Below, in pieces: positions 10,015 to 20,318 of a stretch of 64,000 nt of DNA. Under the pieces are notes generated by a model that was not told the origin of the DNA, ran no database searches, and worked only from the letters and a program-made list of their open reading frames with translations. The first letter of the stretch is position 1. Every line of letters starts with the position of its first letter. The stretch is from positions 34,339 through 98,338 of the forward strand of contig CAZQSY010000002.1 of NCBI GenBank assembly GCA_964596395.1. The letters run 5' to 3'. Position numbers and translations under genes: made by a program. The stretch comes from an uncultured Candidatus Saccharibacteria bacterium (GTDB taxonomy: Bacteria; Patescibacteriota; Minisyncoccia; Phycocordibacterales; UBA9973).

Positions 10015-10036
10015 AAATATACTCTTTTAGGGAAAC

Positions 10037-10846
10037 TTAGTCAATCTCGTAGGTTATGGTCACGTCTGACGATATCGTATTTTCCCCTTTGGGTAACTGG
10101 GCCGGAGCGGGCGTGGCGGCGCTATCTTCTGACGCCCCCATCATCATCTTGCCGTAGTAAGGCATATAATTGCCGCTCTCGCTGAAACTCACAATGTCTC
10201 CCAAGCCGACCCCCAGGTCTTTAGCTAGGGATTTTGCTTTGGTTTTGGCATCGGCAATCGCTTTGCGTCTGGCTTCGGCCTTCAGTTCGTCTTCTTTATC
10301 TATGGCAAAATTCGGGCCAGAGAGGTTCGTCACCCCGAGCGCGCCTAGGCCTTCAATAATTTTCCCAGCATCATCAGTATTCCTGATTTTTACCGTTATG
10401 CTTTCGGAAGCGGTGTAGCCGACAATCACGCTCTTGCCCGGCTGCGGCGGACAGTTGTAAGGGGTGCAGGGCATCATCGTCCTCACTGAATCGTACTTAT
10501 ATTCATACTTCGGAGAAAAAGACGCATCAGTCGCCTTTATGTCTTTTTCTTCTACTCCGCTCTGCTTTATGAAGTCTAAAGTTTTCTTTTCAACCTCGGC
10601 CACCAGTTGCTGGGCTTCTTTCACCGTTTTCGCATCCTTGTTTATGGTAAAGTAAACAGTCGCGATGTCCGGCACGGCATTCACTTCTCCGTGGCCGGTA
10701 AAACTTATCGTGTGCTCTGGTTCACTGTCTCTGTCTCCAGAATCGCCGTCCGAAAAACCGCTGACAACGAAAGCGATTAGAAAGGCTACTAAGGCCACCT
10801 TTAGCCAATAATTCAACCTGCCCCTGTTTTCTGTTAAAATATCCAT
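10037..10846 (-). CDS. SIMPL-domain (DUF541) secreted protein
   Basis: N-terminal TM/signal segment, SIMPL-like TISFTGHGEV...PDIA core. Confidence 0.65.
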   Translation of the reverse strand: MDILTENRGRLNYWLKVALVAFLIAFVVSGFSDGDSGDRDSEPEHTISFTGHGEVNAVPDIATVYFTINKDAKTVKEAQQLVAEVEKKTLDFIKQSGVEEKDIKATDASFSPKYEYKYDSVRTMMPCTPYNCPPQPGKSVIVGYTASESITVKIRNTDDAGKIIEGLGALGVTNLSGPNFAIDKEDELKAEARRKAIADAKTKAKSLAKDLGVGLGDIVSFSESGNYMPYYGKMMMGASEDSAATPAPAQLPKGENTISSDVTITYEID

Positions 10847-10853
10847 CTTTTTT

Positions 10854-11309
10854 TTATTTTATTATTTCTAATAATTGCACTTCAAAACTAATAGTTGCGT
10901 TGGGCGGTATCACTCCACCCGCGCCCGTTTCTCCATACGCCATTTCGGGTGAAATTACGAGCATTCTTTTCTCGCCCGTCTTCATCCCAGCCACGCCTTG
11001 TTCCCACCCCTGTATCACCTGCCCGGCGCCGATGGTGAAAGTAAACGGCTCCACGTGTCCGAATTCAGGCAGAATATTAGAATCGAAAACCGTCCCGTCC
11101 GAAAGCTTGCCCGTGTAATTGACCGATACGCTGTCTCCCGCCTTGGCCTCCTCGCCCGTTCCCTGTTCCAAAATAGAAATCCCCACACCCTTTACTTCTG
11201 TTCCGCTACCCATGTTTTCTTTTTTATTAATAGTAATAAAAACCAAAAAAGCGACTACTGCTAAGAATACGACAGTCAAAATAACCTTGGTAATTTTTTT
11301 GTTTTGCAT
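10854..11309 (-). CDS. FKBP-type peptidyl-prolyl cis-trans isomerase (membrane anchored)
   Basis: GDSVSVNYTGKLSDGTVFDS...FTIGAGQVIQGWEQG FKBP motifs. Confidence 0.85.
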   Translation of the reverse strand: MQNKKITKVILTVVFLAVVAFLVFITINKKENMGSGTEVKGVGISILEQGTGEEAKAGDSVSVNYTGKLSDGTVFDSNILPEFGHVEPFTFTIGAGQVIQGWEQGVAGMKTGEKRMLVISPEMAYGETGAGGVIPPNATISFEVQLLEIIK

Positions 11310-11323
11310 GAACTTATTTTAAC

Positions 11324-12592
11324 CTATTTCCATCCGAAAGAAAACAGGGTGAAAACACTGACCGCGGCAAGCAGGCAAAATACCAGCCAGCCAAAGATAT
11401 TCGAGGTTTTTTTATTTTTGAAATCTCCCATCGCCTTTTGGCTCGCGCTTATGCGAAGAATCAGCAGAAAAATCACCGGGGCTATTATGCCGTTCAGCGC
11501 CGCTGAGTATATCAGGCCTTTGACCGGGTCGAGCCCGACGAAATTCAGCATTATCCCGAGTGCCAATGCAACCACGATTACGCCGTAAAAAGCCGAGGCC
11601 TGCTTCCACTTTCTGTACAGCCCTTCCTTCCAGTTGAAGGTCTCGGATATAGCGTAGGCGGCCGAGCTAGCCAAGACCGGCATGGCGAGCAAGCCAGTAC
11701 CCAGTATGGCGATCGCGAAAAGAGCGAAAGAAAAATCGCCCGCCACCGGACGAAGCGCCTCGGCGGCATCGGCCACCGTTTCGATTTCGGTGATTCCCGT
11801 CTTGAAAAGAGTAGCCGCGCTTCCGGCGATTATGAAAAACATAACCAAGTTCGAGAAAAACATGCCCGACCACACGTCTATCCGCATTTTTTTTATGTCT
11901 TCTCGGCTGGCGAGCGTCCGCCTCTCTTTTTCTGTCTTCTCCCCTTTCAAAATTTCTTCTTCAACCTCCTGCGCGGTCTGCCAGAAAAAAAGATACGGTG
12001 AAATAGTCGTGCCGACGGCAGCGCAAATGAGAAAGATTTCTTCTTTGGCAAAACGTAATGACGGCAAAACCAGATTCTGTATCACGCTTCCCCAGTCGGT
12101 AATAACGAAAAAGGCCGAAAATATGTAAGCGAAAAGAGCCAGCGCCAGATATTTCAAATATTTTGAATATTCTTTGTATGGAACAAAAATCTGCAGAAGC
12201 ACGGAAAGGCCGGCGAAACCGAAAACCCAGAAAACGAAACCGACTTCCGGAAAAATCAGCTGGGCCGATTTGGCCATCGCCCCCAAATCCGCCCCGATGT
12301 TGAACACATTCGCGAAAAGCAAAAGGAACGCGCAAAAATAAAGAATTTTTCTGCCGAAATGCCTCTTGATGTTAGAAGCCAGACCCGCGCCGGTGGCGAG
12401 CCCGATACGCGCGCACATTTCCTGCACTATACCCATCAGCGGAAAAGTAAAAATTGAAAGCCAGAGCAGGCCGAACCCGCGCGAGGCCCCCATCTCTGAA
12501 TATGTGGCTATGCCCGAAGGGTCGTCATCTGCCGCACCAGTAGTCAGCCCCGGCCCCAAAATTTTCCAGTATTCCCTGACCTTCTTTTCCAT
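11324..12592 (-). CDS. mntH: NRAMP-family divalent metal cation transporter
   Basis: GPGLTTGAADDDPSGIATYS signature; 422 aa polytopic. Confidence 0.9.
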   Translation of the reverse strand: MEKKVREYWKILGPGLTTGAADDDPSGIATYSEMGASRGFGLLWLSIFTFPLMGIVQEMCARIGLATGAGLASNIKRHFGRKILYFCAFLLLFANVFNIGADLGAMAKSAQLIFPEVGFVFWVFGFAGLSVLLQIFVPYKEYSKYLKYLALALFAYIFSAFFVITDWGSVIQNLVLPSLRFAKEEIFLICAAVGTTISPYLFFWQTAQEVEEEILKGEKTEKERRTLASREDIKKMRIDVWSGMFFSNLVMFFIIAGSAATLFKTGITEIETVADAAEALRPVAGDFSFALFAIAILGTGLLAMPVLASSAAYAISETFNWKEGLYRKWKQASAFYGVIVVALALGIMLNFVGLDPVKGLIYSAALNGIIAPVIFLLILRISASQKAMGDFKNKKTSNIFGWLVFCLLAAVSVFTLFSFGWK

Positions 12593-12699
12593 TAATAATT
12601 ATTATGGCACATTTCGGCGGTAAAAATATCTAAGCAAACAAAAAAACTGCGCGAATAGGCGCCACGAGAAACATTAGTAGAACCAAAATACAGAAATAG

Positions 12700-13671
12700 C
12701 TACAGCACCCAGTTAAAGAAATACCCCGACAAAATTATCGCGAAAGTGACGGTTCCGAAAAACGCCGCCAACAACCGCCATTTCATAACTTTCTTTAAAA
12801 GCAGAGCTTCAGGGACCGAAAGCCCCACCGTGGCCATCATAAAAGCCAGCACCGTTCCCAGGGAAATGCCTTTCCCCACCAGCGCCTGCGCCATGGGTAA
12901 AACCCCGGCTGCGCTCGCGTAAAGAGGAACACCAATAATCGTGGCAAGAGGCACAGACCAAACACTGTCAACGCCCGCGTATTTTTCAAAAAAATCCGCC
13001 GGCACGTAACCGTGAATAAAAGAGGCCGCGGCAACGCCGAGCACGACATATGGGGAAACTTTTTTAAATACGCCGAGCGCTTCAGCCCATACGGTTTTCA
13101 AAAATGAATTTTCCCCCGCGGCGATGGTTTCTTTCGCCAAACTATTTTGCTCTAAATTTACCACCCAATCCGCCAAATACTTTTCAAGTTTCATCTTTCC
13201 TAGGGCATACCCGGCAATCACGCTAATTGTTATCCCGGTGAGAACATAGATGAGGGTTGTCTTGATTCCGAACAGAGCGACGAGCATAGCCACCACTACC
13301 GAATCAACGAGAGGCGAACTTATCAGAAACGCAAGGGTAACCCCGAGCGGTATTCCTCCTTTGACAAACCCTATAAAAAGCGGAACAGAGGAGCAGGAGC
13401 AGAACGGCGTAACCGCGCCGAAAAGAGAAGCAAAAATATACTCAAGGCCACACAGTTTGTTTTTAGTAAGATGGTCCCGCACTTTTTCTACAGGGAAAAG
13501 AGCGTTTAGGGCGCCCATTATGCAAGTGATAACGACAAGAAGAATCAGAATTTTCAGAGTATCGTAGATGAAATAATTTACCGCTTCGCCCAGCAATGTT
13601 CCGGGGGTAATGGGAAAAACAGAGTAAGCGAGCCACTCGGCTAGTATTTCTAAAGGGTAAAATACGTTCAT
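12700..13671 (-). CDS. predicted permease (two-domain membrane protein)
   Basis: 323 aa, hydrophobic with internal duplication; forms a gene pair with the adjacent thioredoxin-like protein. Confidence 0.55.
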   Translation of the reverse strand: MNVFYPLEILAEWLAYSVFPITPGTLLGEAVNYFIYDTLKILILLVVITCIMGALNALFPVEKVRDHLTKNKLCGLEYIFASLFGAVTPFCSCSSVPLFIGFVKGGIPLGVTLAFLISSPLVDSVVVAMLVALFGIKTTLIYVLTGITISVIAGYALGKMKLEKYLADWVVNLEQNSLAKETIAAGENSFLKTVWAEALGVFKKVSPYVVLGVAAASFIHGYVPADFFEKYAGVDSVWSVPLATIIGVPLYASAAGVLPMAQALVGKGISLGTVLAFMMATVGLSVPEALLLKKVMKWRLLAAFFGTVTFAIILSGYFFNWVL

Positions 13672-13913
13672 ACTGAAATCACTTCTCTTATGAGCGTTTT
13701 AATTTTTTCTATATCCGGCGTGAAACCGACCAAAACCGGCCTTCCGCCGACCACTAAGACCGGGCTTCGCATAATTCCCATAGCGATTATCTGCTGGACG
13801 TCGGTGATATATTCAACTTCAACTTTTAAATTGAGCTCTTTGACCGCTTTTTGGGTAAGTTCAAAGAGTTTTTTGCAAGTCGCGCAACCCGAACCCAAAA
13901 CTTGGATTTTCAT
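13668..13913 (-). CDS. thioredoxin-like redox-active disulfide protein (CxxC)
   Basis: 81 aa; GSGCATCKK motif typical of redox-active disulfide protein 2. Confidence 0.7.
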   Translation of the reverse strand: MKIQVLGSGCATCKKLFELTQKAVKELNLKVEVEYITDVQQIIAMGIMRSPVLVVGGRPVLVGFTPDIEKIKTLIREVISV

Positions 13914-13920
13914 ATGAGGG

Positions 13921-13992
13921 GGTGCCTATCCGGATTCGAACCGGAGATAAAAGCTCCACAAGCTTCTGTGTTACCGCTACACCATAGGCACC
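13921..13992 (-). tRNA. tRNA-His (GTG) with encoded G-1
   Basis: cloverleaf folds by eye; anticodon loop TTGTGGA; extra 5' G typical of tRNA-His. Confidence 0.8.
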
Positions 13993-14047
13993 ATGTTACT
14001 AACCCTTTAGTTATAGCAGAAAAATTAGAAAAAGTAAGTGCGAGAAT

Positions 14048-16654
14048 TTATCTGGGTTTCTTGAGGCGGAAGAAGTATTTCGCGCCTTCAACTAAAAGAA
14101 CATTTATGGCAAGCCACAGCGCCACGAAAGGGACCCAAGAGAGCGGCATCGGAGCGATTTCAAAAATATTTCTCATGAACGGCGTGCTCAAGGTCAGCAC
14201 CAAAAGAGCGAAGGCCAGGATGATGCTCCAATTCAGTTTCCGGTTTGAGAAAACGTCGTAAGAAAAAACACTTTTATGTAAACTGCGGAAACAAAAAGAG
14301 ATTACCAGTATATAAGAAGAAAAGCAGACGAAGAAAACAGAGCGGGCGAGCTGCGGCTCCATTCCGGTTTTCACCAGAAAGTAATAAAGCAAGAAAAGCA
14401 GAACCGAGCTCAAAACCCCCACACCGAGCGCGAGCACTTTCACTTCTTTTGAAAAAATAAGCTTCAAATCTTTTCCCCTGTATTTCACTCCGTCCGTGCC
14501 TTCGTCAAAAGCGAAAGCCAAAGCCGGCAAACTGCCGGTAAAAAGATTTACCCAGATAATCTGTAGCGCGGTGATGGGCAAAGGAAGACCCGCCAGCAAA
14601 CTGCCGCCAATCACAAAAATTTCATCCAGAGAGTTTGAAAGCAGGTATACGATGGCCTTCCTCACGTTCGATAAAATCTTTCTCCCCTCGTCTATTGCCA
14701 AACTGATGGTTTTAAAATTGTCGTCAAGGAGGACTATGTCGGCCGCGCTTTTGGCCACATCGGTGGCGCTACCGAGCGATATGCCGACATCCATCGCTTT
14801 TAAAGCCGGCGCGTCGTTTACTCCATCGCCGGTCATGGCTACTACCTCTCCGAGCTTCTGATACATACGGCCGATGCGCAGCTTGTCTTCAGGCGTAACT
14901 CTGGAGAAAATTTTTATTTTCGGCAAAATTGCCAGCAGTTCTTCATCGGGCAAATCGTTCAGGTCGCCTCCGGTCATTACTTCCCCTTCTGCAACTTTCC
15001 ACCCCAAGCTTTCGGCCACAGAAACGGCCGTGCCCTTCAAATCCCCGGTGACCAGCACGACTTTCGCTCCGTGCGACTCTATGTTTCTAATCGCCTGCGG
15101 AATTTCGGGGCGAAGCGGGTCGTGAAACACAAAAAGTCCCAGAAAGTTTATGCCGTTTACTTTCTCGGGTAAAATATTTTTCTTAGTGTGTTTTTTCCTG
15201 CCGATGCTGCCGACGGCTATCAACCTTTTTCCCGCTTTGCTGGTCGTTTCTATCCATGATTCCAGGCGCAGATATTCTTCTTTTGAGACATTTGCTCTTT
15301 TTAGCAGTATGTCCGGCGCGCCCATGACGGTATATGTTTCGCCGTGCAAAGACACCGAAAATTTGTTCGTGGAATTAAAAGGAAGGACGATGTGCGGGTT
15401 CTGCGAGCCGAGCGAGCCGAGAGGCACGCCGTGCAAGGCGCACGCCTTGGCTATATTCACTTCAAACGGCTTGCCCTTGAAGCTCCTTTTCTTTCCTTCT
15501 TCATCTTTATTTTCAACAACAACGTCAAGATTATAGAGAGCCGTCTGTAAAAGATTTTTCTGGCTTTGGCTGAAAAATTTTTGGTCTTCTTTGTGAAATT
15601 CTTCCTTCAAAAGTTCTTCTTTTCCGTAAATACCGACCAGGCGCATGTCTGCCAGCGTCAAAGTACCCGTCTTGTCGGTCATGATAACGGTGGTTGAGCC
15701 CAAGGTTTCGGCCGCGGTGAGTTTCCTCACGATTCCTTTCTTGTTCGCGATGCGCGTAGCGCCGATAGCCAAAATTATCGTAAGCGCAATGGGCAGCGCC
15801 TCGGGTACCGCTCCCACACCGACGGCCGCCGAAAGCACAAGCATGGGAAAAATCCCTTCCCCTTTTGACACGCCCAAGATAAAAATCCCGGCCACGATGA
15901 AAATCGCCAAAGAAAAAATAAGCCAGGCCAGGTGGCTCATTCCCTTCCTTAGGGGTGTCTCGGTTCTGTCTGTCCTCCTGACGATGCCGGCGATTTTTCC
16001 GACTTCCGTAAAATCGCCGGTCGCGAAAACAACCGCCGTGGCGTACCCTTCCACCACTAATGTACCCGAGTGAACGATGTTTCCTCGCTCGGCTACCGGC
16101 GTGGTAATCGCGAACACGCTTTCTCCCTTTTCCACCGGGGTTGATTCGCCGGTGAGTATCGCCTCGTCTACGTTCAAACTGTTCGAAGATATTATCCGCG
16201 CGTCCGCCGGCACCCTGAAACCATAGGAAAGTTTTATCAGGTCACCCGGAACGATGAGCGAAGAGTCAATTTCTTCTTCCCTGCCCTCGCGCGACACCCG
16301 CGCCCTTTCTTTTATGTAACTCTTCAGCTTATCCAGTGTGTTTTCGGCGTGATATTCGTGGAAAAAAGCCAGGCCGACATTCAAAAACAAAGAAAAAAGT
16401 ATAACCGCGGTGTTCACCCATTCGCGCAAGACGGCCGTAACCGCGGCGGCCGCCAACAGGAGAAAAATCAGAGGGCTCAAAAACTGCTGCAGAAATAACA
16501 AGAAAAGATTTTTTCTTTCCTTCCCGTGGAAAACATTTGCGCCATTTTCTTTTAGCCGTCTTTCAGCTTCTTCTTCAGTCAAACCTTCTTCCGAAGTTTT
16601 CAGCGTTGAGAGCGTTTCTTCTATTGTAAACGACCAGGGTTCGATTTTATTCAT
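14048..16654 (-). CDS. P-type cation-transporting ATPase (P2-type, Ca2+/Mg2+-like)
   Basis: DKTGTLT phosphorylation motif, GDGVNDAPAL, TGES; 868 aa. Confidence 0.95.
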   Translation of the reverse strand: MNKIEPWSFTIEETLSTLKTSEEGLTEEEAERRLKENGANVFHGKERKNLFLLFLQQFLSPLIFLLLAAAAVTAVLREWVNTAVILFSLFLNVGLAFFHEYHAENTLDKLKSYIKERARVSREGREEEIDSSLIVPGDLIKLSYGFRVPADARIISSNSLNVDEAILTGESTPVEKGESVFAITTPVAERGNIVHSGTLVVEGYATAVVFATGDFTEVGKIAGIVRRTDRTETPLRKGMSHLAWLIFSLAIFIVAGIFILGVSKGEGIFPMLVLSAAVGVGAVPEALPIALTIILAIGATRIANKKGIVRKLTAAETLGSTTVIMTDKTGTLTLADMRLVGIYGKEELLKEEFHKEDQKFFSQSQKNLLQTALYNLDVVVENKDEEGKKRSFKGKPFEVNIAKACALHGVPLGSLGSQNPHIVLPFNSTNKFSVSLHGETYTVMGAPDILLKRANVSKEEYLRLESWIETTSKAGKRLIAVGSIGRKKHTKKNILPEKVNGINFLGLFVFHDPLRPEIPQAIRNIESHGAKVVLVTGDLKGTAVSVAESLGWKVAEGEVMTGGDLNDLPDEELLAILPKIKIFSRVTPEDKLRIGRMYQKLGEVVAMTGDGVNDAPALKAMDVGISLGSATDVAKSAADIVLLDDNFKTISLAIDEGRKILSNVRKAIVYLLSNSLDEIFVIGGSLLAGLPLPITALQIIWVNLFTGSLPALAFAFDEGTDGVKYRGKDLKLIFSKEVKVLALGVGVLSSVLLFLLYYFLVKTGMEPQLARSVFFVCFSSYILVISFCFRSLHKSVFSYDVFSNRKLNWSIILAFALLVLTLSTPFMRNIFEIAPMPLSWVPFVALWLAINVLLVEGAKYFFRLKKPR

Positions 16655-16663
16655 TCCAAAAAT

Positions 16664-17218
16664 TTATTTATAATCCGGGCTTTCTTCTGGAATTCCGGCG
16701 CTGTGATTAGCAAAGCGAGCCAAAGCATACAACGCGCTCGAAAGGCGGTTTAAGTATGCGAGCGTATGCGGGCCTACTGTGTTTTTACCCTCCTCGTTCG
16801 CCACCACTACCCTTCTCTCGGCCCGGCGGGCGATGGTGCGCGCAATATCAAAAAGCGAAGCCAGTTCCGTTCCCCCGGAAATAAAAAAACTTTTAATCGG
16901 CGGAAGCTCTTTCTCTATTGAATCAGTGATGCTTTCAAGCTCTTTGACTTTTTCTTCGGTCACAGACATCTTTGAACCGGCCACTTCGGCTTGAACGATG
17001 AAAAGGTTTTTCTGGATATTGCAAATCTGTTCTTTGGCGTTCACGCCTCCGGGCAAAAGAAAATTTTTCTCTCCTGCTTTCACTTTGCATAAACCGAGGA
17101 AAGAATTTATTTCATCCAACGAACCCAGCGCTTCGGCTACCGCCGAGCTTTTTGAAATTCGCTGGTCGCATCCGAAGGTCTTCATTGTTCCCCCGTCTCC
17201 TTTTCTGGTGTAAAGCAT
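16664..17218 (-). CDS. ATP:cob(I)alamin adenosyltransferase, PduO-type
   Basis: YTRKGDGGTM N-terminal signature of the PduO/MMAB family. Confidence 0.8.
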   Translation of the reverse strand: MLYTRKGDGGTMKTFGCDQRISKSSAVAEALGSLDEINSFLGLCKVKAGEKNFLLPGGVNAKEQICNIQKNLFIVQAEVAGSKMSVTEEKVKELESITDSIEKELPPIKSFFISGGTELASLFDIARTIARRAERRVVVANEEGKNTVGPHTLAYLNRLSSALYALARFANHSAGIPEESPDYK

Positions 17219-17220
17219 AA

Positions 17221-18061
17221 CTAAAGCTTCATAATCTCTTTTAAAATATTTTTTGCCGGAAAGTTTTCAAAAACCACCCTGTAAAGCAGATTGGCGAGCG
17301 GCGCGGGAAGATTTTTTTCTTCAATCAATACTTTCGCGTCTTTCAGCGCATGCACTCCTCCCGGAACATAATTCATTTCTTTGGTTGCCTCGTCTAATTT
17401 CCGCCCTTTGCCGATTTCTATACCGAGCGTCCTGTTCCTAGAAGCAGAAAGATGCATGTCGCCGATACAGGCCAAGGACAAAAAAGTTTCCGGTCTGGCG
17501 CCCAGGGCAAGGCCGATATTTTTCATCTCTTCTACCGCTTTGGCAAAGACAAGTGCGATGGCGTTCTCTCCTAACCCCACTCCTTCCGCGACGCCCACCA
17601 GCATGGTCATGACATTCTTCAGCGTTGCGCAAATTTCCGCGCCTATCACATCGTTTGAAAGTTCTATGTACAAATTTTCCGACTCCATCGCCCTCTTTAT
17701 TTCTTCCTTCCCTTCTCCTCCAGCGAGCACCATACCAAAAGGCAATTCTCTTGTAATTTCTTCGGCCAGCGCCGGTCCGTATAGAAAGAATATTTTATTT
17801 AATTTTTTAAATTCCTCCGCTAGAGCTTCTGAAATTAGTTTACCCGGTGAAGCAAAACCTTTCGAGCAGATTACAATCTTCTGGTCTTTTATCTCGTTTT
17901 GAAGCCCAAGGAGCGAAGGTAAAACAACGTTTGATGCCGTGCAGACGAATACCATATCAGAATCTCGAGTTGTATCAAACGCGACGCTATGCCCGATTCG
18001 CGACAAGTATTCTCCCATTGCCTGGCCGAACACCCCTTTTCCCAAGATAGCAGTTCTCATG
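17221..18061 (-). CDS. gpsA: NAD(P)H-dependent glycerol-3-phosphate dehydrogenase (short form)
   Basis: AILGKGVFGQAMG Rossmann N-terminus plus a GpsA-like C-terminal region (GENAIALV...LGARPETF...GDMHLSAS...SRNRTLG); start refined to the internal ATG at 18061 so it does not overlap mpg. Confidence 0.75.
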
Positions 18062-18084
18062 CGGTTTATAATATCATAAAGCTT

Positions 18085-18645
18085 ATGAAAAACAGGATCT
18101 TGAAAAAAGACTTCTTCGGCCGAAAAACCCTTACCGTGGCCAAAGAGCTCCTCGGCTGTTTTTTGTGCCGAAAAATAAGAGGCAAAACAAAAAAATATAA
18201 AATCACCGAAGTCGAGGCCTACGTCGGCCCGCGCGACCTGGCTTCGCACGCCTCCAGAGGAAAGACCGAGCGCAATTCGGTAATGTTCGGAGAGGCCGGA
18301 AACTTTTACATTTATTTCACCTACGGTATGCATTGGATGCTAAACATTGTTACCGAGGAAAAAGATTATCCGGCGGCAATTCTAATTCGCGGGGTAGAGG
18401 GGATAGCGGGCCCCGGCCGTCTGACGAAGAAATTAAAAATTGATAAAAAACTAAACGGAAAACCCGCCGTACCCGCGAACGGCCTATGGTTTGAAGAGCT
18501 CGGCAATCACAGAGGTTTAACCTCTGTAAAAATTAAAAGAAGCGCGCGCATCGGCGTCGCCTACGCCGGCCCCGTCTGGGTGAATAAAAAATACAGGTTT
18601 ATTCTTGAAGACCAGAGACTTCCATCGCGTCCCAAATCAAATTAA
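18085..18645 (+). CDS. mpg: DNA-3-methyladenine glycosylase (Mpg/AAG family)
   Basis: FFGRKTLTVAKELLGCFL...EVEAYVGPRDLASHASRGKTERNSVMFGEAGNFYIYFTYGMHWMLN matches AAG family; start refined to an internal ATG. Confidence 0.85.
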   Translation: MKNRILKKDFFGRKTLTVAKELLGCFLCRKIRGKTKKYKITEVEAYVGPRDLASHASRGKTERNSVMFGEAGNFYIYFTYGMHWMLNIVTEEKDYPAAILIRGVEGIAGPGRLTKKLKIDKKLNGKPAVPANGLWFEELGNHRGLTSVKIKRSARIGVAYAGPVWVNKKYRFILEDQRLPSRPKSN

Positions 18646-19237
18646 AAACCCTGTCCTGATACCAAAATTTCTTTTCTTTAGGAACTTTTCTCCATTCATT
18701 TTTTGAAAACAATTTGTATTCTAGAGACTCTTGACTTCTTTCTTTTTGATTCAAAAAGGCTTCCAGCCATTCTTCCCCCGCCAATGAGAAAAAACACACT
18801 TGCATGGTCATGATGCCTGTCTTTGGGCACTGTGTTATGTAAGTGCCTATATAATGCAGCTTTGTATTTTCATCGGCCTGAACTTTTGTTTCTTTCTCTA
18901 TTTTTTCTTTTAAAAAACTTTCAACAGAATCAATGCTGCTCACCATGTTACCTCCTACCATCGCGTAAGTGTCAGGGTAGCTTTCATTTCCTCCGCGCAG
19001 GGAGGCAGCTATCACAAATTCCCCCTTTCGCCATCCACCCACTACCACATCCGCGCAGGCCAGCGCTTTTTTTCTACGAATATCCTGCCACAAATTTTCT
19101 TCTAAAAATGTTTCCTTCACCTCAAATTCGCTTTCCAGTTCATAGATAGGTATCTCCGCCTTGCTCTCCTTTATTTTTTTCGCCAGTTCTCCCGCGCCAA
19201 GTTCATGCAAAACGCAGTTTGTAAAAATTTTAGTCAT
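18599..19237 (-). CDS. hypothetical protein
   Basis: 212-aa ORF, no confident motif. Confidence 0.35.
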   Translation of the reverse strand: MTKIFTNCVLHELGAGELAKKIKESKAEIPIYELESEFEVKETFLEENLWQDIRRKKALACADVVVGGWRKGEFVIAASLRGGNESYPDTYAMVGGNMVSSIDSVESFLKEKIEKETKVQADENTKLHYIGTYITQCPKTGIMTMQVCFFSLAGEEWLEAFLNQKERSQESLEYKLFSKNEWRKVPKEKKFWYQDRVFNLIWDAMEVSGLQE

Positions 19238-19384
19238 AATTATAAAGGCGCATTATAGATTTTTTTTGCTTTTCGTGCAACACTGGGTGAAGCAGAAAGT
19301 TACTTTTTCGAGCTGGTCTGGTTGAGCCCTGGAGGGGCGACCCGAGGACCCGAGAAAAAGCAACTTTCTGTGAAACCATATATA

Positions 19385-20317
19385 ATGTCAGAAAAAATCA
19401 TAATTGGCCTTGATATCGGCGGTACAAAAACGGCGGTGGTGCTCGGTACTCCGGACGGCGAAATAATTTCCAGAGAACAATTCCCAACACTCGCCGAACG
19501 CGGATTCCAACCGGTTTTTGACGACCTCGTGTCGCATACAAGGCAAGCAATCACGAAAGCCGGCGGAAAAGCGGCAGTTATCAGTATCTCAGTGGGCGGG
19601 CCGCTAGACGCGGAAAAAGGAATAATAAAAAACCCGCCAAACCTTCCCTGCTTCCACAACATCCCCTTGAAAGATTTACTCTCTAAAGAATTCAATCTGC
19701 CGGTGTACATAGAACACGACGCAAAAGCGGGTGCCTTGGCCGAGTTTTATTTCGGCGCCGGGCGAGGATTTAGGAATATTATTTTTGTCACTATGGGTAC
19801 CGGCATGGGCGCCGGGTTTATTTTCGACGGAAAGTTATACAGAGGAACGACAGACACTGCCGGCGAAATATGGCACGTGCGAATCGCTCCGGACGGCCCC
19901 GAAGTCGGCGGAAAACGCGGCGCGTTTGAAGGGTACGCAAGCGGTACTGGCATAAGCAAGCTGGCAAAAATTATGCACCCCGACAAATGGGGCGAAGGGA
20001 TAACAACGCTAGAACTTTACACGGAATTTAAAAACGGCTCGCGGGAAGCCAAAGATGTTTTTGACAAAGCAGCTGAACATATCGGTCTCGGCTTCGCGAA
20101 CCTGATAGACACCTTAAACCCCGAGCGAATCATCATGGGGGGCCTCGGTATGCGCGTCGGCGACGCGATAATGCCACGCATAAAAGAAATCATCGAGCGC
20201 GAAGCTTTGCCTGTGGCAAACAGCGCTTGTGAAATCGTCCCCGCCGAACTCGGCGAGCAAATAGGCGACGTGGCATCCCTCTCTGCGGCGATAGAACAGG
20301 GAAAACTTGGACAATAA
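19385..20317 (+). CDS. ROK-family sugar kinase (glucokinase-like)
   Basis: IIGLDIGGTKTAVVLG N-terminal ATPase motif, GxGxGxG, ROK-like core; start refined. Confidence 0.75.
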   Translation: MSEKIIIGLDIGGTKTAVVLGTPDGEIISREQFPTLAERGFQPVFDDLVSHTRQAITKAGGKAAVISISVGGPLDAEKGIIKNPPNLPCFHNIPLKDLLSKEFNLPVYIEHDAKAGALAEFYFGAGRGFRNIIFVTMGTGMGAGFIFDGKLYRGTTDTAGEIWHVRIAPDGPEVGGKRGAFEGYASGTGISKLAKIMHPDKWGEGITTLELYTEFKNGSREAKDVFDKAAEHIGLGFANLIDTLNPERIIMGGLGMRVGDAIMPRIKEIIEREALPVANSACEIVPAELGEQIGDVASLSAAIEQGKLGQ

Positions 20318-20318
20318 T

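Noticed and set aside
14245-16073. Multiple plus-strand ORFs inside the P-type ATPase gene
   Set aside because: They are antisense shadow ORFs within a clearly identified 868-aa ATPase.
17989-18084. N-terminal 32 codons of ORF 17989..18645 overlapping gpsA
   Set aside because: The Mpg homology begins at the internal Met (MKNRILKKDFFGR). Using it removes the overlap with gpsA, whose own start was likewise trimmed to the MRTAILGKG Met.
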